Position numbers and translations under genes: made by a program. The notes under the pieces were generated by a model. The model was not told where the DNA came from and did not search any database. It saw nothing but the letters and a program-made list of their open reading frames with translations. 64,000 nt of DNA from Gemmatimonadaceae bacterium (GTDB lineage: Bacteria; Gemmatimonadota; Gemmatimonadetes; Gemmatimonadales; Gemmatimonadaceae), in NCBI GenBank assembly GCA_044224875.1, contig JBGAJQ010000004.1, positions 1 through 64,000 of the forward strand, given 5' to 3'. Below, piece after piece: positions 59,958 to 64,000 of this stretch (positions are counted from its first letter, which is position 1; each line of letters opens with the position of its first letter).

Positions 59958-61787
59958 ATGCTCCGCTCAAATGCTGCCCGTCGCTTGCGCGCGACTCTCG
60001 CCATCGGCCTTGCGTTGCCGATCGTCGCTGCCGCCCAAAGCACGCCTGACAACGAACTCGATCGACGAGATGTGCGCATAACGGCGCGCGACGGAACGCC
60101 GCTGTACGCCGTGATCGTTGCACCCAAGACGCAGTCCGCCGCGTTGCCAATCATGTTGGTGCGAACGCCGTATGGAGTGAGCCAGAACCTCAGGCCCGGG
60201 CCCATTCCCGTGACGTACGCCGAGTTGGCGAAGGATGGCTACATCTTTGTCTTTCAGGACGCGCGAGGCACAGGAAAATCCGCGGGGCGGTTCATCATGA
60301 ACGGCGCACTGCATGATCCCAGTGACCCCAAGGGCGTGGACGAAGCGACCGACACCTACGACACCATCGACTGGTTGGTGAAGAACATCGCCGACAACAA
60401 TGGTCGTGTGGGCGTCATGGGCGTGTCGTACCCAGGCTGGCTCGCCGGCATCGCCGCACTCAGTGGACATCCTGCTTTGCGGGCCGTCTCGCCGCAGGCG
60501 CCGATGACCGACACGTGGATGGGTGACGACTTCTTTCACCAAGGCGCATTCCGTCAATCCTTCGGTGTGGAGTACGCCACGGCCATGGAGTGGTCGCGCG
60601 ATGTGCCGTCACCGCTGCACATCAACCGCTATGACCGGTACGATTGGTACCTGCAATTCCTGACGCTCGAGGAACTCGGCCACAAGAACGGGATCGACAC
60701 GTTGCCGTCGTGGCGCGGGTTCAAGACCCATCCGTCGTGGGACGCCTACTGGCAGGCAAAGGCGATGCAGAAGGTGTGGACAACGCCTAACGTGGCCGTG
60801 CTGAATGTCGGTGGTTACTGGGACCAGGAGGACGTCCTGGGTCCGCAGGAGGCGTATCGCACGCTCGAACGAAAGGACGCGAAGGGATGGAACCACATTG
60901 TGCTCGGCCCGTGGTTTCACGGTGGGTGGGCCGGGCGAGAGACGGACAGCCATGGGCCCATGCGCTTCGGCATGGACGTGGGGCTGTACTATCGGGCGAA
61001 CATCGAGCGTCCCTGGTTCGCGAATTACCTGCATGGAGACGGAAGCGCCAAGTTCGCCGAAGCGTACATGTTCGAGGTGGCGGGAAATGTGTGGCGCACC
61101 TTCGACGCGTGGCCGCCGCGAGAGGCGAAGCCCGCAAAGTTGTACCTGCAGAACAACGGGAAACTGTCGTTCGACGCGCCGACCGTCGCTGGGCAAACGT
61201 CGTATACCAGCGACCCGCGCAAGCCAATCCCATATATCGCGCGTCCAGTCGACGGCACCCGCTGGCGGCAGTGGCTCGTGGAAGATCAGCGCTTTGTGCA
61301 GAATCGCCCCGATGTCGTCGCGTGGGAGAGTGAACCGCTCACCGCCGACATCACCATCGCCGGCGACGTGATCGCGCACCTGCAGGCGAGCACCACCGGC
61401 ACGGACGCCGACTGGGTGGTGAAGCTGATCGATGTCTATCCCGATTCCATGCCGGCGACGCCGACCCTCGGTGGCTACGAACTCATGGTGGCCGGCGACA
61501 TCATGCGTGGCCGCTACTACCGGGGATTCGACAGTCCTCGAGCCATCAAGGCGAACACCGTCACGCCATTCACCGTCGACATGCATCAACAGGTGTATCG
61601 ATTCCAGAAGGGACATCGTATCATGGTGCAGATACAGAGCACCTGGTTCCCGCTGTACGATCGAAACCCGCAGACGTTCGTGCCGAACATCTTCAACGCC
61701 AAGGCCAGCGACTTTCGCACGCAGGTCCATACGATTTACCACGGTCCGAAGGCGGCGAGTTACCTCAGCCTAGGCCTGCTGCCCTAG
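59958..61787 (+). CDS. CocE/NonD family hydrolase (amino-acid ester hydrolase / glutaryl-7-ACA acylase-like), secreted
   Basis: [64 protein letters not shown]. Confidence 0.92.
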   Translation: MLRSNAARRLRATLAIGLALPIVAAAQSTPDNELDRRDVRITARDGTPLYAVIVAPKTQSAALPIMLVRTPYGVSQNLRPGPIPVTYAELAKDGYIFVFQDARGTGKSAGRFIMNGALHDPSDPKGVDEATDTYDTIDWLVKNIADNNGRVGVMGVSYPGWLAGIAALSGHPALRAVSPQAPMTDTWMGDDFFHQGAFRQSFGVEYATAMEWSRDVPSPLHINRYDRYDWYLQFLTLEELGHKNGIDTLPSWRGFKTHPSWDAYWQAKAMQKVWTTPNVAVLNVGGYWDQEDVLGPQEAYRTLERKDAKGWNHIVLGPWFHGGWAGRETDSHGPMRFGMDVGLYYRANIERPWFANYLHGDGSAKFAEAYMFEVAGNVWRTFDAWPPREAKPAKLYLQNNGKLSFDAPTVAGQTSYTSDPRKPIPYIARPVDGTRWRQWLVEDQRFVQNRPDVVAWESEPLTADITIAGDVIAHLQASTTGTDADWVVKLIDVYPDSMPATPTLGGYELMVAGDIMRGRYYRGFDSPRAIKANTVTPFTVDMHQQVYRFQKGHRIMVQIQSTWFPLYDRNPQTFVPNIFNAKASDFRTQVHTIYHGPKAASYLSLGLLP

Positions 61788-61885
61788 CCGCCGTCCACCA
61801 TCCGTCGCAGGGGGGCTCCTCGCTGGGCCTTGCCCGTCGTGAACCCACGCCGTCTGATCCGTCGTTACGCACTGGACTCGCCGTG

Positions 61886-62671
61886 ATGAAACGCGTCGCT
61901 GCACTCTACGACATCCACGGTAATTTGCCGGCCCTGGACGCCGTGCTCCGAGACGTGCGTGCGGAACGTGTGGACGCCGTGGTGATCGGCGGCGATGTGT
62001 TGCCGGGCCCCATGCCGAACGAATGCCTGCAGCGCCTGTTGGAGCTGGACGTTCCGACGCACAGCGTGCATGGCAACGGCGACCTGGCTATCCTCGCGCA
62101 GCTCGAGGGATCTCGCTCGGGCACCGTGTCATACTGGGGCACCACGTCCGGCGCGCGCCCGCCGGACAGCGTCGTGGCCGCGTTCCAATGGTGCGCCGGC
62201 GCGCTCCATCCCGACTATGAATCAGTCATCGCCGCTTGGCCACGTACGTTGGAGCTGGAGGTCGAAGGCGTGGGGAGGGTCCTGTTCTCGCACAGCACGC
62301 CCAGGAGCGAGACGGAAGGCTTTACGAAGCTGACGCCTGACGAGCGCCTGAGGCCGATTTTCGAGCCGCTCGATGCCAACCTCTTTGTCGGCGGGCACAC
62401 CCACATGCAGTTCGACCGGGCGGTGAGCTCCAAACGCGTCGTCAACGCGGGAAGCGTCGGCATGCCGTTCGGTGATCCCGGCGCCTATTGGTTGCTCCTG
62501 GGCCCTGAGGTACAACTTCGCCGAACGTCATACGATCTCGAAGCCGCGGCGGCCAGAATTCGCTCGACCGATTATCCCGGTGCGGACGCGTTCGCGACCG
62601 GAAACGTACTGAACCCGCCTTCCGAAGAGACGATGCTCAAGGCCTTCGCGGCATTTGAGCTGAGCCCCTGA
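61886..62671 (+). CDS. Calcineurin-like metallophosphoesterase (YfcE/MJ0936-like)
   Basis: DIHGN, GGD, HGNGD, SH, GHTH, NAGSVG. Confidence 0.9.
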   Translation: MKRVAALYDIHGNLPALDAVLRDVRAERVDAVVIGGDVLPGPMPNECLQRLLELDVPTHSVHGNGDLAILAQLEGSRSGTVSYWGTTSGARPPDSVVAAFQWCAGALHPDYESVIAAWPRTLELEVEGVGRVLFSHSTPRSETEGFTKLTPDERLRPIFEPLDANLFVGGHTHMQFDRAVSSKRVVNAGSVGMPFGDPGAYWLLLGPEVQLRRTSYDLEAAAARIRSTDYPGADAFATGNVLNPPSEETMLKAFAAFELSP

Positions 62672-62701
62672 GCGGGGTGGTCTCATGTGCCGCGCGCACA
62701 T

Positions 62702-63589
62702 CTACCAGTCCCGCACCACCTCGCGGACGCATTCCACAAACACTTCGGCCGCGGCAGATCGCGTTGCGCCTCGTCGCCATACCGCGACGATCTCACGATG
62801 CAGGTCATGTTCCTTGAGCGCGACGTATGCGCATTGCGGCGTGTTGTGCCGAGAAGCCGCGATCGCCGGCACGATCGACACCCCGACACCCGCCCCCACC
62901 AGCTCCAACACGGTCGCCAGCTGCGAACTCCGGCACACCACGGTCGGACTCACTCCGGCACTCGAGCAAAAGCCAGCGACCTGCGCGCCCAGACAGTGCG
63001 CGGGATCCAGGGTCACGGTTGGTGCTTCGCGCAGCTGCGCCAGCGTCATGCGTCCTGTTCGCGCCGCGGCGTGCGACGCGGGTACGGCGACCATCAGTCG
63101 ATCGGTGCCGAGTAGTTCCGTTTCCAGATGGTCGAAGTCGTGCGGAAGCGCGGCGATCGCAACGTCGATTTCGCCATCGAGCAACAACCGAGCGAGCACG
63201 GCGCTGTAATCCTCTCGCAACTCCACGCGCACGTGGTCCTGACGCGCCCGCAGGCGCCTCAGGGCGTCGGGCAACACATACGGTGCAATTGTGGGAATTG
63301 CGCCGATCGTCAGGGTCCTCACGTGCGCGCGATCGTTGCGCCGCACCGCTTCCTCGGTTGCGCGCACTTCATCAAGGATCTTGCGGGCCCTTGGGTACAG
63401 TGTCTTCCCAGCGTCGGTCAGCGCGATTCCGCGACCATGCCGCTGGAACAGTCGCGCGCCGAGCTGTGCCTCCAGTCGCTTGACCTGAAGCGTGAGCGAT
63501 GGCTGCGACAAGCGGAGCTTCCGCGCGGCCTGACTGAGGGAACCAGCGTCCGCGACCTCGAGGAAGGCTCGCAAGAGGGTAACGTCCAT
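62702..63589 (-). CDS. oxyR: Hydrogen-peroxide-sensing LysR regulator (OxyR-type)
   Basis: LysR HTH (SQPSLT..VK.LE); GAIPTIAPY; redox pair HC-X8-C (HCLGAQVAGFC); divergent from katG. Confidence 0.85.
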   Translation of the reverse strand: MDVTLLRAFLEVADAGSLSQAARKLRLSQPSLTLQVKRLEAQLGARLFQRHGRGIALTDAGKTLYPRARKILDEVRATEEAVRRNDRAHVRTLTIGAIPTIAPYVLPDALRRLRARQDHVRVELREDYSAVLARLLLDGEIDVAIAALPHDFDHLETELLGTDRLMVAVPASHAAARTGRMTLAQLREAPTVTLDPAHCLGAQVAGFCSSAGVSPTVVCRSSQLATVLELVGAGVGVSIVPAIAASRHNTPQCAYVALKEHDLHREIVAVWRRGATRSAAAEVFVECVREVVRDW

Positions 63590-63594
63590 GACCT

Positions 63595-63643
63595 ATAAGA
63601 AAATGCTATGAGTGACATAGGGCAAATCACGATTGTTGTCTAT
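63595..63643. promoter_or_regulatory. OxyR binding site
   Basis: ATAA-N7-CTAT-N7-ATAG-N7-CACG-N8-CTAT versus the OxyR consensus ATAG-N7-CTAT-N7-ATAG-N7-CTAT. Confidence 0.75.
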
Positions 63644-63707
63644 GGGCCGCCGTCCTAGAGTTCGCGCGTTGGCAGGGACTCGAACACCGAAACGGAGATG
63701 GTGACTT

Positions 63708-64000
63708 ATGGAAGGCAAGACGGCTGCATCAGGGGCTAAGTGCCCGGTCGCACACGGAGCCGAAGGCCGGTCGGAGCATGCGGTGGCAACGGCGGGCCGG
63801 CGCTCGAATCGAGATTGGTGGCCCAACCAGCTCAACATCGGGATGCTTCACCAGAACCCGCCGGCGGGGAACCCGATGGGCGCGGCGTTCAGCTATCGCG
63901 AGGCCGTCAAGACACTGGACGTCGACGCGCTGCGCGCGGACCTGGTGGAGCTGATGACGCGCTCCGAGCCGTGGTGGCCAGCTGACTACGGGCACTATGG
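63708..64000 (+). CDS. katG: Catalase-peroxidase, N-terminal part (runs off the window; absent from the ORF track)
   Basis: Manual translation MEGKTAASGAKCPVAHG...SNRDWWPNQLNIGMLHQN...LMTRSEPWWPADYGHY. Confidence 0.95.
   Translation, partial: MEGKTAASGAKCPVAHGAEGRSEHAVATAGRRSNRDWWPNQLNIGMLHQNPPAGNPMGAAFSYREAVKTLDVDALRADLVELMTRSEPWWPADYGHY

Overview
GC-rich (roughly two-thirds G+C by eye) bacterial chromosomal segment, densely coding, with no rRNA, tRNA, CRISPR array, transposase, integrase or phage gene that I can recognise. The gene mix (many lipoproteins, PKD/HAF surface protein, CocE/NonD hydrolases, HEAT-cyclophilin, DUF5916, carboxypeptidase-regulatory-like domain protein) suggests Gemmatimonadota, but that is inference. 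Main content: secreted hydrolases and lipoproteins (1-12 kb); a hoxFUYH+hoxW NAD-coupled [NiFe]-hydrogenase operon with no hyp genes in the window; a large PKD-repeat protein; a TolC/MFP/RND efflux operon; a GltD-like flavoprotein + 2-oxoacid:ferredoxin oxidoreductase alpha/beta operon; an S8 protease; a fused E1 alpha/beta 2-oxoacid dehydrogenase; a partial phenylacetate cluster (paaGHIJ, paaY, paaZ); beta-carbonic anhydrase; an aminotransferase; and a divergent oxyR-katG pair with an OxyR-type operator. The most striking signal not explained by the genes is a non-palindromic heptamer, CCTAACG (usually RCCTAACG), of which I counted 37 copies by eye on both strands, in several reading frames and at four stop codons. 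It is a candidate lineage-specific chromosomal signal (Chi-, KOPS-, DUS- or HIP1-like). Other anomalies: an apparent in-frame deletion of about 40 codons in the GltD-like gene, clustered frameshifts in ggt, a triplicated gene 3' end, and a frameshifted alpha/beta-hydrolase remnant missed by the ORF track.
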